Assembly: GCA_017435905.1 (NCBI GenBank)
Contig: JAFSEB010000046.1
Location: forward strand, 1,186-65,185
DNA length: 64,000 nt
Direction of reading: 5' to 3'
Origin: Clostridia bacterium
GTDB taxonomy: Bacteria > Bacillota > Clostridia > Christensenellales > CAG-138
The notes under the pieces are model-generated. The model saw nothing but the letters and a program-made list of their open reading frames with translations, searched no databases and was not told the DNA's origin. Shown in pieces: positions 29,679 to 39,753 of this stretch; position 1 is the stretch's first letter; every line of letters starts with the position of its first letter. A program made the position numbers and the translations under genes.

Positions 29679-30701
29679 TTATTTCTTCAGATCGAGGATG
29701 GAGACCTGCTTGGCAAAGCTCATATCGAGCATGCGCTGGGGCGCATAATCGAACATGTTGCTGACGGGCTCACGGTCGTGGATGCGGCGAACGGCTTCCG
29801 CAAACATGGGCGCAGCGGAGATGATGTCGATCTTGTCGCTGTGAAGCGCAGGCTCGCACTCAACGGAGTCGGTGGAAACGAGCAGGGAAATGGGGCTGTC
29901 TTCAATGCGCTTGACGGCCTTTTCGTTCATGACAACGTGGGAAAGGAAAGCATAAATGTTGTTGGCGCCCTTTTCCTTCAGGCCGGTCGCCACGTCTACC
30001 AGCGTGCCGCCGGAGATGGTGAAGTCATCCACCACGATGCAGTCCTTGCCCTTAACATCGCCGATGATCTCGAGGACCTTGGCGTTCTCATCGTGACCGG
30101 AGCGCATCTTGTCGCCGATGGCAACGGGGCAGCCGATCTCATCCGCCATGGCACGGGCACGCTTGGCGCTGCCGGCATCGGGAGATACCACAACGGTGTT
30201 GGGGGTCACGATACCCTTATGCTTTGCATAGGCGCAAAGGAGGGAGTTGGCATACAGGTTGTCCACAGGCTTGGTGAAGAAGCCCTGGATCTGCGCTGCA
30301 TGAAGGTCCATGGTCACAATGCGGTCTGCGCCGCACTGCTCGATGGCATCTGCGCAAACACGGGCACGGATGGAAACACGGGGTTCATCTTTCTTATCGC
30401 CCTTGGCATAGCTGAAGAAGGGCATGATGACGGAAATAGAGTTGGCGCTGGCACGCTTTGCTGCATCGATGTAGAACAGCAGCTCCATGAATTCATCGTT
30501 GGAATGAAGGCCGATCGTCTGAACGAAGTAAACGTCCATGTCACGGATGCACTCGTCAAAGCGCACATAGGTATTGCCTTCGGAGAAATGGATCGTGGTG
30601 CTGTGGCCCATGGGGCTGCCGAGGTAATCACACATTTTCTGCGCAAACTGTTTGCTTGCGCTGCCCGCAAAAATCTTGATATGATCGTTTCCGACAAGCA
30701 T
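29679..30701 (-). CDS. prs: Ribose-phosphate pyrophosphokinase family protein (non-canonical variant)
   Basis: IKIFAGSASKQFAQKMCDYLG, VSPDAGSAKRA, VVDDFTISGGT. The flexible-loop motif reads FSYAKGDKKDE rather than the YARQDRK I recall for canonical Prs. Confidence 0.75.
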   Translation of the reverse strand: MLVGNDHIKIFAGSASKQFAQKMCDYLGSPMGHSTTIHFSEGNTYVRFDECIRDMDVYFVQTIGLHSNDEFMELLFYIDAAKRASANSISVIMPFFSYAKGDKKDEPRVSIRARVCADAIEQCGADRIVTMDLHAAQIQGFFTKPVDNLYANSLLCAYAKHKGIVTPNTVVVSPDAGSAKRARAMADEIGCPVAIGDKMRSGHDENAKVLEIIGDVKGKDCIVVDDFTISGGTLVDVATGLKEKGANNIYAFLSHVVMNEKAVKRIEDSPISLLVSTDSVECEPALHSDKIDIISAAPMFAEAVRRIHDREPVSNMFDYAPQRMLDMSFAKQVSILDLKK

Positions 30702-30769
30702 TGTTTCTTTCCCCTATCGATCGTTATGTATTTGGTGCACCGGAAAGAATCCCGTTTTTCACCGCTTAA

Positions 30770-30798
30770 ATTATAACAAAAATCCACAAAAGAAGCAA
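30770..30798 (-). promoter_or_regulatory. prs promoter
   Basis: Minus strand reads TTGCTT, 17-nt spacer, TATAAT. The spacer ends in TGT just upstream of the -10. Confidence 0.55.
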
Positions 30799-30902
30799 CT
30801 TGCGCTGCAATCAAAGCAACACCTTTCGCCGTTTTCGATAAGTTTTGTTTATATCCGCACGAAAGCCGCTGAATGGCGTCTTTCAAAAACTTGCGTTTGG
30901 GG

Positions 30903-30947
30903 AAAAATTAACGCCCGTCCTGCGTGAAAGCGCAGCGAAGCGGGCGT
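30903..30947 (-). terminator. Terminator downstream of the PHP gene
   Basis: ACGCCCG...CGGGCGT outer stem with an inner CTGCG/CGCAG stem, followed on the minus strand by TAATTTTTCC. Confidence 0.65.
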
Positions 30948-30990
30948 GTGTTTTGCATGACGTCTCCTGCATTTGCGGCAAAAAAGCATT

Positions 30991-31803
30991 TTATGCCATA
31001 AACCTTTCGAATATGGGGCGGAGCACCTCCACATCCTGAAACGCACAGCCCAATGTGGCTGCCGGGCGGTTTGCCCCGTGGTGGTCGCTGCCGGAGGATA
31101 CAAGCAGCCCGTACTGGGCGGCAAGGGACAAATACAGCACCCTTTCCCCATCGGTGGTGCCGGGGTAATAGGCTTCAATGCCGTCAATGCCGCCTTCCAC
31201 CGCTGCAAGGATCGCCTTGTGCTTGTCGCCCCGGATCTGGCAGGGATGGGCAAGCACGGCAATGCCGCCTGCCTTGTGGATGACCTCCACCGTTTCCCGG
31301 ATGGGCAGATTTTCCGCCCTGACGAAGGCCGGACGCCCCTTGAGCATATACTTGTCGAAGGCTTCGCCCCAAGTGGCAGCGTAGCCCTTCCTGACAAGCG
31401 CCTCCGCAATGTGCAGCCGTGTTTTGAGCCCCACGCTGTGCACATCCTCCATGGAAATATCCATGCCGAGGGCACGGAGCTTTTCGATCATGACGTGGTT
31501 GCGGATATCCCGTTTCCGTGCGCTTTCCCTGACCGCTTCCTGCAGCGCAGGGGCGTTTACATCGATCCCAAGGCCAAGGATATGCATGGTGACATCGTAA
31601 TCCACATCAAATTCCACACCGGGGATCACCTTCATGCCGATGCGTTCCCCCTCGGCAAGGGCTTCATTGACGCCATCCGCCGTATCGTGATCGGTGATGG
31701 CCACCATGGCAAGGCCAAGGCGCTGCGCTTCCCGTACGATCTCCGCCGGGGATGCGGTGCCGTCGGAATAAAGGGAATGGGTGTGAAGATCAAAGGGCTG
31801 CAT
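30991..31803 (-). CDS. PHP-domain metal-dependent phosphoesterase (TrpH/YciV-like)
   Basis: MQPFDLHTHSLYSDGT...AITDHDT...AHP. AAAGGAGAG RBS before the ATG at 31803. Confidence 0.8.
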   Translation of the reverse strand: MQPFDLHTHSLYSDGTASPAEIVREAQRLGLAMVAITDHDTADGVNEALAEGERIGMKVIPGVEFDVDYDVTMHILGLGIDVNAPALQEAVRESARKRDIRNHVMIEKLRALGMDISMEDVHSVGLKTRLHIAEALVRKGYAATWGEAFDKYMLKGRPAFVRAENLPIRETVEVIHKAGGIAVLAHPCQIRGDKHKAILAAVEGGIDGIEAYYPGTTDGERVLYLSLAAQYGLLVSSGSDHHGANRPAATLGCAFQDVEVLRPIFERFMA

Positions 31804-31860
31804 AAACTCTCCTTTTCTCATATGGGAAGGGGCGGCACATGCCGCCCCCGGTTCTTTGTG

Positions 31861-33933
31861 TTATTCGTCTTTCTTATCCTCTTCGGAGGCTTCCGCATCC
31901 TCACGCAGCTTATCCCACATGGGCTTTTCCTTGGCGGCTTCGGCGGCTTTGCGCTCCGCCTCTTCCGCTTCCTTCTGCCTGCGCTCCGCTTCTTCCGCTG
32001 CGAGCACTTCGGGATCCGCCTTCTCAAGCTCCTGCTGCTTTTCACGGTAGGAAACAAGCTGCACTTCTTCGCCGTCGTAGATCTTCTCGAACTCTTCGCC
32101 GGTGATGCGCTCGTATTCGATCAGCGCCGCCACAACACGCTCCATGGCAGGCAGATCGGATTCAATGGCTTCCTTTGCACGGGCAAACTGCTCATCAAGA
32201 ATGCGGCGCACTTCCGCATCCACCTTTGCCGCCACCTCTTCGGAGAAGTTGCGCTGGTGGCCCCAATCCTTGCCGATGAACACTTCCGCCTGACCGCCGA
32301 GGAACACGGGGCCGATGGCATCGGTCATGCCAAATTCCACGACCATTTTACGGGCAAGGGCGGTAGCACGCTGCAGGTCGTTGTAAGCGCCGGTGCAGAT
32401 ATCGTCAAGGGCTACGGTCTCCGCCACACGGCCGCCGAGCATCATGGCGATCTCGTCAAGGATCTTACCGCGGGACATATGGTTGTCATCGTTCTCGGGC
32501 ATGGTCATGGTGTAGCCTGCCGCCATGCCGCGGGGAATGACGCTGACTTCATGCACGGGATCGCAGTTCTTGAGCTTCTTTGCCACGATGGCGTGGCCTG
32601 CCTCATGGTAAGCGGTGATGCGCTTATCCTCGGGGGTGATAACACGGCTGCGCTTTTCGGGGCCCACCACCGTGCGGGTGATGGCTTCTTCCAGCTCGAT
32701 CATGGAGATCTTCTTCTTCTTGAAACGGGCAGCAAGAATGGCAGCCTCATTGAGCACGTTGGCAAGATCCGCACCGGTGAAGCCGGGGGTACGCTTGGCA
32801 AGCACGGTAAGGTCCACATCGTCCGCCAGGGGCTTGCCCTTTGCATGGAGGCGAAGGATGGCTTCACGGCCCTTCACATCCGGGGTGTTGACGGTGATCT
32901 GCCTGTCAAAACGGCCGGGGCGCAGCAGCGCCGGGTCAAGGATATCCGGGCGGTTGGTGGCAGCCAGCACAATGATGCCTTCATTGGCGGCAAAGCCGTC
33001 CATTTCAACGAGAAGCTGGTTCAGCGTCTGTTCACGCTCATCGTGACCGCCGCCAAGACCTGCGCCGCGCTGACGGCCCACCGCATCGATCTCATCGATG
33101 AACACAACGGCAGGTGCGCACTTCTTTGCGGTGGTGAACAGGTCACGCACACGGCTTGCGCCGACGCCCACGAACATTTCAACAAAGTCGGAACCGGAGA
33201 TGGAGAAGAAGGGTGCGCCCGCTTCGCCGGCCACAGCCTTGGCAAGCAGGGTCTTACCGGTGCCCGGAGGGCCCACCAACAGCACGCCCTTGGGGATCCT
33301 GGCGCCCATTTCGGTGAAGCGCTTGGGGGAGCGCATGAATTCCACGACTTCCTTCAGCTCTTCCTTTTCCTCCTCGGCGCCCTCCACATCCGCAAAGGTG
33401 ACCTTGTTATTGGGGTCAATGTGGGTGCGTGCACGGGATTTGCCGAAGCTCATCATCTGGTTGCCGCCGCCCTGAGAGCGGAACATGAAGTAGTAGAATA
33501 CCGCAAACACACCGAGGATGATGATGTAGGGCAGGATCAGCTCGAAGATGGAAGCCTCCGGCGGCGGATTGTAGGTATACTTAAAGCTGTAATCCGCTTC
33601 GGTGATGGCATCCGCATCCTTGCCGGTCTTTTCCGCCGCCACGGCGTTCATGGTGCTGCGGAAGCTCTGCTCGGAAGGAATGTAGCAGTAGAAATCATAC
33701 CTTGCCGGGAAAAGGGTCTTATCGATCTCGGAATTGGTCTTGAGGCCGATGAGCTCACGCTCGGTGATCTCCACCATGGCGACCTCGCCCTTCCTGACCA
33801 TCTCCACAAAATCGGTGTATTCCACCTTTTTCGTTTCGGCGTTCCTGTCGCCTTCAAGCCCGGTGATGGCAAGCACGATCACAAGGATGATGGCAAGATA
33901 TATCAGCGGTGTCTTAAACTTTTTCAAAAACAT
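31861..33933 (-). CDS. ftsH: ATP-dependent zinc metalloprotease FtsH
   Basis: Two N-terminal TM helices, [18 protein letters not shown] Walker A, HEAGHAIV zinc site. Extra charged C-terminal tail ([23 protein letters not shown]). AGGAGG RBS before the ATG at 33933. Confidence 0.95.
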   Translation of the reverse strand: MFLKKFKTPLIYLAIILVIVLAITGLEGDRNAETKKVEYTDFVEMVRKGEVAMVEITERELIGLKTNSEIDKTLFPARYDFYCYIPSEQSFRSTMNAVAAEKTGKDADAITEADYSFKYTYNPPPEASIFELILPYIIILGVFAVFYYFMFRSQGGGNQMMSFGKSRARTHIDPNNKVTFADVEGAEEEKEELKEVVEFMRSPKRFTEMGARIPKGVLLVGPPGTGKTLLAKAVAGEAGAPFFSISGSDFVEMFVGVGASRVRDLFTTAKKCAPAVVFIDEIDAVGRQRGAGLGGGHDEREQTLNQLLVEMDGFAANEGIIVLAATNRPDILDPALLRPGRFDRQITVNTPDVKGREAILRLHAKGKPLADDVDLTVLAKRTPGFTGADLANVLNEAAILAARFKKKKISMIELEEAITRTVVGPEKRSRVITPEDKRITAYHEAGHAIVAKKLKNCDPVHEVSVIPRGMAAGYTMTMPENDDNHMSRGKILDEIAMMLGGRVAETVALDDICTGAYNDLQRATALARKMVVEFGMTDAIGPVFLGGQAEVFIGKDWGHQRNFSEEVAAKVDAEVRRILDEQFARAKEAIESDLPAMERVVAALIEYERITGEEFEKIYDGEEVQLVSYREKQQELEKADPEVLAAEEAERRQKEAEEAERKAAEAAKEKPMWDKLREDAEASEEDKKDE

Positions 33934-34125
33934 ATCCTCCTGTGGGTCCAACACGATTAGCATACCTCTTGCGAGGATAACTATCCTTGTGATTTTACCA
34001 CAAAAAGCAGCACTGTTCAAACACCATTTCGCTCTTTGTTGTGAACTTACGGAAAACCTGCCGCATATTTCCGGGCGTCTGCCGTTTTGCACGCATTTTC
34101 ATAGGAAGAACAGGCTTTCTTTCCC

Positions 34126-34154
34126 TTTACAAACTCTTTCTTTGCCGCTATAAT
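34126..34154 (+). promoter_or_regulatory. Promoter of the ileS leader
   Basis: TTTACA (34126-34131), 17-nt spacer, TATAAT (34149-34154). Confidence 0.6.
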
Positions 34155-34159
34155 AAAAT

Positions 34160-34396
34160 AGTTAATGCGATGAACGGGACACACGGCAAACAACCGCCCC
34201 CAAGCGAGCTGCGGCACGGTGAGAGCGCAGCGGGAAACGGGTTCTGCACGCATCCCCCGTGAGTGCGCAGCCGAACTTTTATCAGTAAGCTGCGCCGTGA
34301 GCGCACGTTACAGCGCAAATGGAGCGGGCGGCGTATGCCGTCAATCCGGGTGGTACCGCGCAGCGTCCTGCGTCCCGTTTTGGGACGCAGTTTTTT
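34160..34396 (+). promoter_or_regulatory. T-box riboswitch leader of ileS (candidate Ile AUC specifier)
   Basis: GGUGAGA distal loop, F-box-like CGTTAC, T-box AATCCGGGTGGTACCGCG at 34343-34360. Terminator CTGCGTCCC-gtttt-GGGACGCAG plus TTTTTT at 34368-34396. ATC at 34252-34254 in the predicted specifier loop. Confidence 0.85.
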
Positions 34397-34424
34397 ATTT
34401 TCAATAACGCTTAGGAGTGAAAGC

Positions 34425-37400
34425 ATGTACAAAAAAGTTTCTACCTCGCTGAACTTCGTGGAACGTGAAAAGGAGACCCTTGCGTTCTGGAAGGAAAACA
34501 AGATCTTTGAAAAGAGCGTGGAACTTCGCAAGGGCGCAGAGCCCTACACGTTCTACGACGGCCCGCCGACCGCCAACGGCAAGCCCCACATCGGTCACAT
34601 CCTGACCCGTGCCATCAAGGACATCATTCCCCGTTACCGCACCATGAAGGGCTACGATGTGCTCCGCAAGGCCGGCTGGGATACCCACGGCCTGCCCGTT
34701 GAGCTTGAAGTGGAAAAGATGCTTGGCCTTGACGGCAAGGAGCAGATCGAAGAATACGGCGTGGAATCCTTCATCCAGAAGTGCAAGGAATCCGTATGGA
34801 AGTATAAGTCCGAATGGGAGCAGATGAGCGACCGTGTCGGCTATTGGGCCGATATGGACGATCCCTACGTCACCTATGAGGACAACTACATCGAATCCGA
34901 ATGGTGGGCCATCAAGAAGATCCACGAAAAGGGGCTTCTTTACAAGGGTCACAAGATCGTGCCCTACTGCCCCCGCTGCGGCACCGCCCTTGCCTCCCAC
35001 GAAGTGGCGCAGGGCTACAAGGATGTCAAAGAAGTTTCCGCCACGGTGCGCTTCCGCTGCGTGGATGAAGACGCTTCCTTCCTTGCCTGGACCACCACCC
35101 CCTGGACCCTTCCCTCCAACGTCTGCCTGTGCGTAAACGCAGACGTGGTTTACTGCCGTGCGGAAAAGGACGGCGAGGCCTTCATCCTTGCGAAGGATCT
35201 TGTTCCCTCCGTTCTCGGCGAAGAGGGTGTGACCATCGTGCGTGAATTCCCGGGCAGCGAGCTCGTTGGCCGTGATTACGAACCCCTCTTTGACTTCACC
35301 GCAAAGGCCTGCGGCAAGAAGCGTGCCCACTACATCGTGGCGGATGATTATGTCACCACCACCGACGGTACCGGCATCGTTCACAACGCCCCTGCCTTCG
35401 GTGCGGACGACCAGCGTGTCTGCGCAGAAAACGATATGCCCTTCATCCAGCTGGTGAACACCCGCGGCGAAATGTGCGGCGGCACCCCCTGGGACGGCGT
35501 TTTCGTAAAGGAAGCGGATCCCATGATCCTCGAGGCGCTCAAGGAAAGCGGTCACCTGTTTGCCGCTCCGCCCTTTGAGCACAGCTATCCCTTCTGCTGG
35601 CGCTGCGACACCCCCCTCATCTACTACGCCCGTGAAAGCTGGTTCATCCGCATGACCGCCATCAAGGACAGGCTCATCGAGTACAACCGCCGGGTCAACT
35701 GGATCCCCGAGACCATCAAGGAAGGCCGCATGGGCAATTTCCTTGAGAACGTCATCGACTGGGGTCTTTCCCGTGAGCGTTACTGGGGCACTCCCCTGCC
35801 GGTATGGGTATGCGAAGAGTGCGGCGAGGTGCACGTTGTGGGCAGCCGTCAGGAGCTTTGCGAACTGAATCCCGAAGTTCCTGCGGATATCGAGCTGCAC
35901 AAGCCCTTCCTTGATCCCATCACCTTCCCCTGCAAAGCCTGCGGCGGCAAGATGAAGCGTGAACCCGTCGTCATCGACTGCTGGTTCGATTCCGGCTCCA
36001 TGCCCTTCGCCCAGTGGCACTATCCCTTTGAAAACAAGGAGCTCTTCGAGCGCCGCTACCCCGCCAACTTCATCAGCGAAGCCCTTGACCAGACCCGTGG
36101 CTGGTTCTACACCCTGCTTGCCATCTCCACCTGCCTGTTCGATGAGCCCAGCTTCAAGAACTGCGTGGTGCTCGGCCTTGTGTGCGATAAGGACGGTCTC
36201 AAGATGTCCAAGCACAAGGGCAACGTGGTCGATCCCTGGACCGTTCTCAACAACCAGGGTGCCGACGCCGTCCGCTGGTATTTCTACACCGGTTCCATGC
36301 CCTGGCTGCCCAGCCGCTTCTCCGCAGAAGCCGTTTCCGAAGCACAGCGCAAGTTCATGGGCACCCTGTGGAACACCTATGCCTTCTACATCCTCTATGC
36401 GGAGATCGACGGCTTTGATCCCACCAAGTATGCGCTCAGGTCCGAAAACCTCACCGCAATGGATAAGTGGGTGCTCTCCCGTCTCAACACCCTCGTGAAG
36501 ACCGTGGATGAAGACCTTGCCGCCCTCAAGATCACCGAGGCCGGCCGTGCCCTTTCCGCCTTCACCGATGAGCTTTCCAACTGGTATGTGCGCCGCTGCC
36601 GTGAGCGTTACTGGGGCAAGGAAATGACGGCCGATAAGGAAGCCGCCTACATGACCCTTTACACCGTGCTCAAGACCATGACGCTGCTGAGCGCACCCTT
36701 CATCCCCTTCATGGCGGAAGAGATCTACCAGAACCTCGTCCGCAGCGTGGATGAAACCGCCCCCGAAAGCGTACACCTTTGCGACTTCCCGGCGGTGGAA
36801 GAATCCTTCATCGATCCCGCCCTTGAAGAGCACATGGCAGCCGTTCTCAACATCGTGGTCCTCGGCCGTGCGGCCCGCAACGCTGCGAATGTGAAGAACC
36901 GCCAGCCCCTTGCAAGGATGTATGTGCAGGGCAGCGAGCTCCCCGAAATGTATGTGAACATCATTGCGGACGAGCTGAACGTGAAGGAAGTGAGCTTCGT
37001 TTCCGATGCCAGCGCCTTCATCAGCTACAAGGTGAAGCCCCAGCTCAAGACCCTTGGCCCCCGTTACGGCAAGGTGCTGCCCAAGATCAACGCCTACCTG
37101 CAGGGCGAAGGCATCGGCGATCTCGTCGTGGCTGCCCACAAGGCCGGCAAGAACTACGAGTTCGACCTGGAAGGCGTGGCCGTTTCCCTGGCGGAAGCGG
37201 ATGTTCTCACCGAGCCCATGCAGAAGGCAGGCTTCGTGAGCCAGACCGACCGTGATCTTTCCGTGGTGCTCGACACCAACCTCACCGCAGAGCTTATCGA
37301 AGAGGGCTTCGTGCGTGAGCTTGTGTCCAAGCTGCAGACCATGCGTAAGGAAGCCGGCTTTGAGGTCACCGACCACATCGCCGTCACCTATGCAGGCACC

Positions 37401-37550
37401 GAGCGTATCGCCGCCATCTTTGCCGCCCACGGCGAAGAGATCGCCGCCGATACCCTTGCTGACAGCGTAGCCGCCGGTGAAGCCGCCGGTTATGTCAAGG
37501 AATGGGATGTCAACGGCGAAAAGGTCATCCTTGGCGTGGAAAAGAAATAA
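34425..37550 (+). CDS. ileS: Isoleucine--tRNA ligase, long (~1041 aa) form
   Basis: MYKKVSTSLNFVEREKETLAFWKENKIFEKS, PPTANGKPHIGH (HIGH motif), LKMSKHKGN (KMSKS motif). AGGAG RBS. Start is the ATG at 34425, not the ORF-track start at 34263. Confidence 0.95.
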   Translation: MYKKVSTSLNFVEREKETLAFWKENKIFEKSVELRKGAEPYTFYDGPPTANGKPHIGHILTRAIKDIIPRYRTMKGYDVLRKAGWDTHGLPVELEVEKMLGLDGKEQIEEYGVESFIQKCKESVWKYKSEWEQMSDRVGYWADMDDPYVTYEDNYIESEWWAIKKIHEKGLLYKGHKIVPYCPRCGTALASHEVAQGYKDVKEVSATVRFRCVDEDASFLAWTTTPWTLPSNVCLCVNADVVYCRAEKDGEAFILAKDLVPSVLGEEGVTIVREFPGSELVGRDYEPLFDFTAKACGKKRAHYIVADDYVTTTDGTGIVHNAPAFGADDQRVCAENDMPFIQLVNTRGEMCGGTPWDGVFVKEADPMILEALKESGHLFAAPPFEHSYPFCWRCDTPLIYYARESWFIRMTAIKDRLIEYNRRVNWIPETIKEGRMGNFLENVIDWGLSRERYWGTPLPVWVCEECGEVHVVGSRQELCELNPEVPADIELHKPFLDPITFPCKACGGKMKREPVVIDCWFDSGSMPFAQWHYPFENKELFERRYPANFISEALDQTRGWFYTLLAISTCLFDEPSFKNCVVLGLVCDKDGLKMSKHKGNVVDPWTVLNNQGADAVRWYFYTGSMPWLPSRFSAEAVSEAQRKFMGTLWNTYAFYILYAEIDGFDPTKYALRSENLTAMDKWVLSRLNTLVKTVDEDLAALKITEAGRALSAFTDELSNWYVRRCRERYWGKEMTADKEAAYMTLYTVLKTMTLLSAPFIPFMAEEIYQNLVRSVDETAPESVHLCDFPAVEESFIDPALEEHMAAVLNIVVLGRAARNAANVKNRQPLARMYVQGSELPEMYVNIIADELNVKEVSFVSDASAFISYKVKPQLKTLGPRYGKVLPKINAYLQGEGIGDLVVAAHKAGKNYEFDLEGVAVSLAEADVLTEPMQKAGFVSQTDRDLSVVLDTNLTAELIEEGFVRELVSKLQTMRKEAGFEVTDHIAVTYAGTERIAAIFAAHGEEIAADTLADSVAAGEAAGYVKEWDVNGEKVILGVEKK

Positions 37551-37570
37551 AAAATCGACTGATGCAAAAC

Positions 37571-37600
37571 AAAGCCAAGCTGCAAATGCAGCTTGGCTTT
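37571..37600. terminator. Bidirectional terminator between ileS and the convergent XRE gene
   Basis: AAAGCCAAGCTGCA-aa-TGCAGCTTGGCTTT. Confidence 0.8.
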
Positions 37601-37618
37601 CTTATTGCCGCTGTATGC

Positions 37619-38230
37619 TTACTCTTTGGTAAGCTTCTTTTTCTGCCAGGATCTTTGCCCGCACTCGGGGCAGCGCATATAGCGTGTTCTGCCCACATGC
37701 ATTGCAAGATTCACAGTCTTATAGGTGGGCACATAGCGGTGTCCGCATTTTCCGCACTCGTAATAGCCTGCCACCTGCTCGATCCGCAGGGCAAAAAAGG
37801 CTCCCACAAAAAACAGGATGAAGCCAAGCACGATAAGCGCGACACGCAGCCCGGTCTCCATCTGCACATAGGAAGCAACGCCGACCAATGAAAGCAGAAT
37901 GACCACCGTCATGATGCCGATCACCCACTCCAAAGCCAGCAGGTGTTTATCCGCCTGTTCCTTTTGGCGTATCATTTCCAGCAGGTTATTTTCCAGTTCC
38001 CTGTTATAGTTTTCCACGGTTACGACCTCCCCACACAATAAGTCATTGACGCTGATGTTGAGCACATCACACAGCGCAAGCATGATCGAGGAATCCGGCA
38101 TCGCTTTGCCCCTTTCCCATTTCGATACCGCCCTGTCGGTGATGTTCAGTTTTTCCGCCAGCTGCATTTGCGTCAGGTTTTCCTTTTTTCTGCATGCGGC
38201 TATGAATTTTCCGATTTTGATCTGATCCAT
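37619..38230 (-). CDS. Membrane-anchored XRE-family HTH regulator with a C-terminal zinc-ribbon
   Basis: HTH block LTQMQLAEKLNITDRAVSKWERG, two TM helices, then CGKCGH...CPECG. AAAGGAGAA RBS before the ATG at 38230. Confidence 0.8.
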   Translation of the reverse strand: MDQIKIGKFIAACRKKENLTQMQLAEKLNITDRAVSKWERGKAMPDSSIMLALCDVLNISVNDLLCGEVVTVENYNRELENNLLEMIRQKEQADKHLLALEWVIGIMTVVILLSLVGVASYVQMETGLRVALIVLGFILFFVGAFFALRIEQVAGYYECGKCGHRYVPTYKTVNLAMHVGRTRYMRCPECGQRSWQKKKLTKE

Positions 38231-38389
38231 TCCTTTTCTCCTTTCGCTTTCAGCATAGTGGATTTGGGAGAAAAAATACACATACCGTTGGTTGAGTGGG
38301 GGAAATTCAACCAACGGGAGGGTGAAAAAGCCGTTTTCTTCCGCAGCCGGATGGGATGCATACGCAAACCGCTCCCATCTTTAACGAAA

Positions 38390-38411
38390 CCCCCGGCAAT
38401 GCAGCCGGGGG
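38390..38411. terminator. Stem-loop or terminator downstream of dsdA
   Basis: CCCCCGGC-aatgca-GCCGGGGG with T-rich flanks. Confidence 0.6.
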
Positions 38412-38421
38412 TCTTTTCGTT

Positions 38422-39741
38422 TTACTTCAAATGCGTGTTCACATATTCCTGCCGCATTTCTTCCGGCACAAGGCGTCCGCCCGTGGCCCAAAGCACATGC
38501 ACGGCATTTTCCATGTGGGGTGCAAGGCCCTTTTCTGCGATATATGCCTGCATATCTGCACTGCCGCCCAGCATAGCCGGGGCAATGATGCCTGCACAGG
38601 CGGAAGGCTCAATGAAGATGCTTTCCGTGTCAAGCAGGGCGCGCATCAGGTCATACAGCCTGTAATCTTCCACCGTGTATTCGCCGGCAAGCAGCTCCTT
38701 CACCACGCTGCCCACGAAACCGGATGGACGTCCCACCGCAAGACCGTCCGCATGGGTGCGGCCGTGAAGACCGATATCCTGCACGCTGATGTCGCTGTTT
38801 TTGCCGCTGGCAAGGCCGAGCAGCATGCAGGGACACTGGGTAGGTTCCGCATAAAACACATGCACATTGTCACCGTAAAGCAGCTTCAGACCGAAGGTAA
38901 TGCCGCCGGGTGCACCGCCTACGCCGCAGGGGATGGTCACAAACAAGGGATGCTGTGCATCCACCGTGATGCCCTGTGCTGCGAACTGGGCGTCAAGCCG
39001 CTCTGCCGCCACCGCATAACCCATGAAAAGATCCACGGAGTTTTCATCATCCACGAAATAGCTCATGGGGTCCGCATCGGAAATGGCACGGCCCTGCCGT
39101 ACAGCTTCGGAATAATCGCCGTCGTATTCCATGACGGTAACGCCCTTGCTGCGAAGAAGATCCTTCTTCCACTGCTTTGCATCCGCACTCATATGCACCG
39201 TGACACGGAAGCCGAGGGCTGCGCTCATGATGCCGATGGAAAGGCCAAGGTTGCCGGTGGAGCCCACCGCCGCCTCATGCTGTTTGAAAAAGGCTTTGCA
39301 TTCGGGGGAAAGAAGCTTCGTGTAGTTTTCCTCTGCGCTGAGAAGCCCTGCAGCCATAGCAAGGGTCTCCGCATGCTTCAGCACCTCATAAATGCCGCCC
39401 CGTGCTTTCACGGAACCGGCCGCCTGCAGGTCGCTGTCACGCTTGAGGAACAGCCTGCCGGGCAGGGTCTCCGGCATTTCGCTGCGAAGCCATGCCGCAA
39501 AATGCGGTATCTCCGTCAGCGGCGATTCGATCAGACCGCCATTCTCCTCCGTTTCCGGGAACACCTCCCGAATATAGGGGGCAAAGCGCAGCAGGCGGTC
39601 TGCCGCATCCTTCACATCCGCTTTCCCGTAGGGAATGGCGGCAAGGGCAGCCGCTGCATCCGTAAGGGCGGGGTTGATCCACACGCATTCCTCCGCTGCG
39701 GCAAGTTTTTTGATAATAGCCTGTTCCATAGGATCTTTCAT
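38422..39741 (-). CDS. dsdA: D-serine ammonia-lyase (D-serine dehydratase)
   Basis: 439 aa. WINPAL..., SVKARGGIYEV PLP-lysine motif, overall DsdA layout. Confidence 0.85.
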   Translation of the reverse strand: MKDPMEQAIIKKLAAAEECVWINPALTDAAAALAAIPYGKADVKDAADRLLRFAPYIREVFPETEENGGLIESPLTEIPHFAAWLRSEMPETLPGRLFLKRDSDLQAAGSVKARGGIYEVLKHAETLAMAAGLLSAEENYTKLLSPECKAFFKQHEAAVGSTGNLGLSIGIMSAALGFRVTVHMSADAKQWKKDLLRSKGVTVMEYDGDYSEAVRQGRAISDADPMSYFVDDENSVDLFMGYAVAAERLDAQFAAQGITVDAQHPLFVTIPCGVGGAPGGITFGLKLLYGDNVHVFYAEPTQCPCMLLGLASGKNSDISVQDIGLHGRTHADGLAVGRPSGFVGSVVKELLAGEYTVEDYRLYDLMRALLDTESIFIEPSACAGIIAPAMLGGSADMQAYIAEKGLAPHMENAVHVLWATGGRLVPEEMRQEYVNTHLK

Positions 39742-39753
39742 CTTGATCTCCTT

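Noticed and set aside
34281-34283. Second ATC (cttttATCAgtaag), considered as the ileS T-box specifier.
   Set aside because: It lies after the predicted end of stem I, in the AGTA-containing region that fits stem II. The ATC at 34252-34254 sits in the stem I internal loop. This remains unverified without a covariance model.
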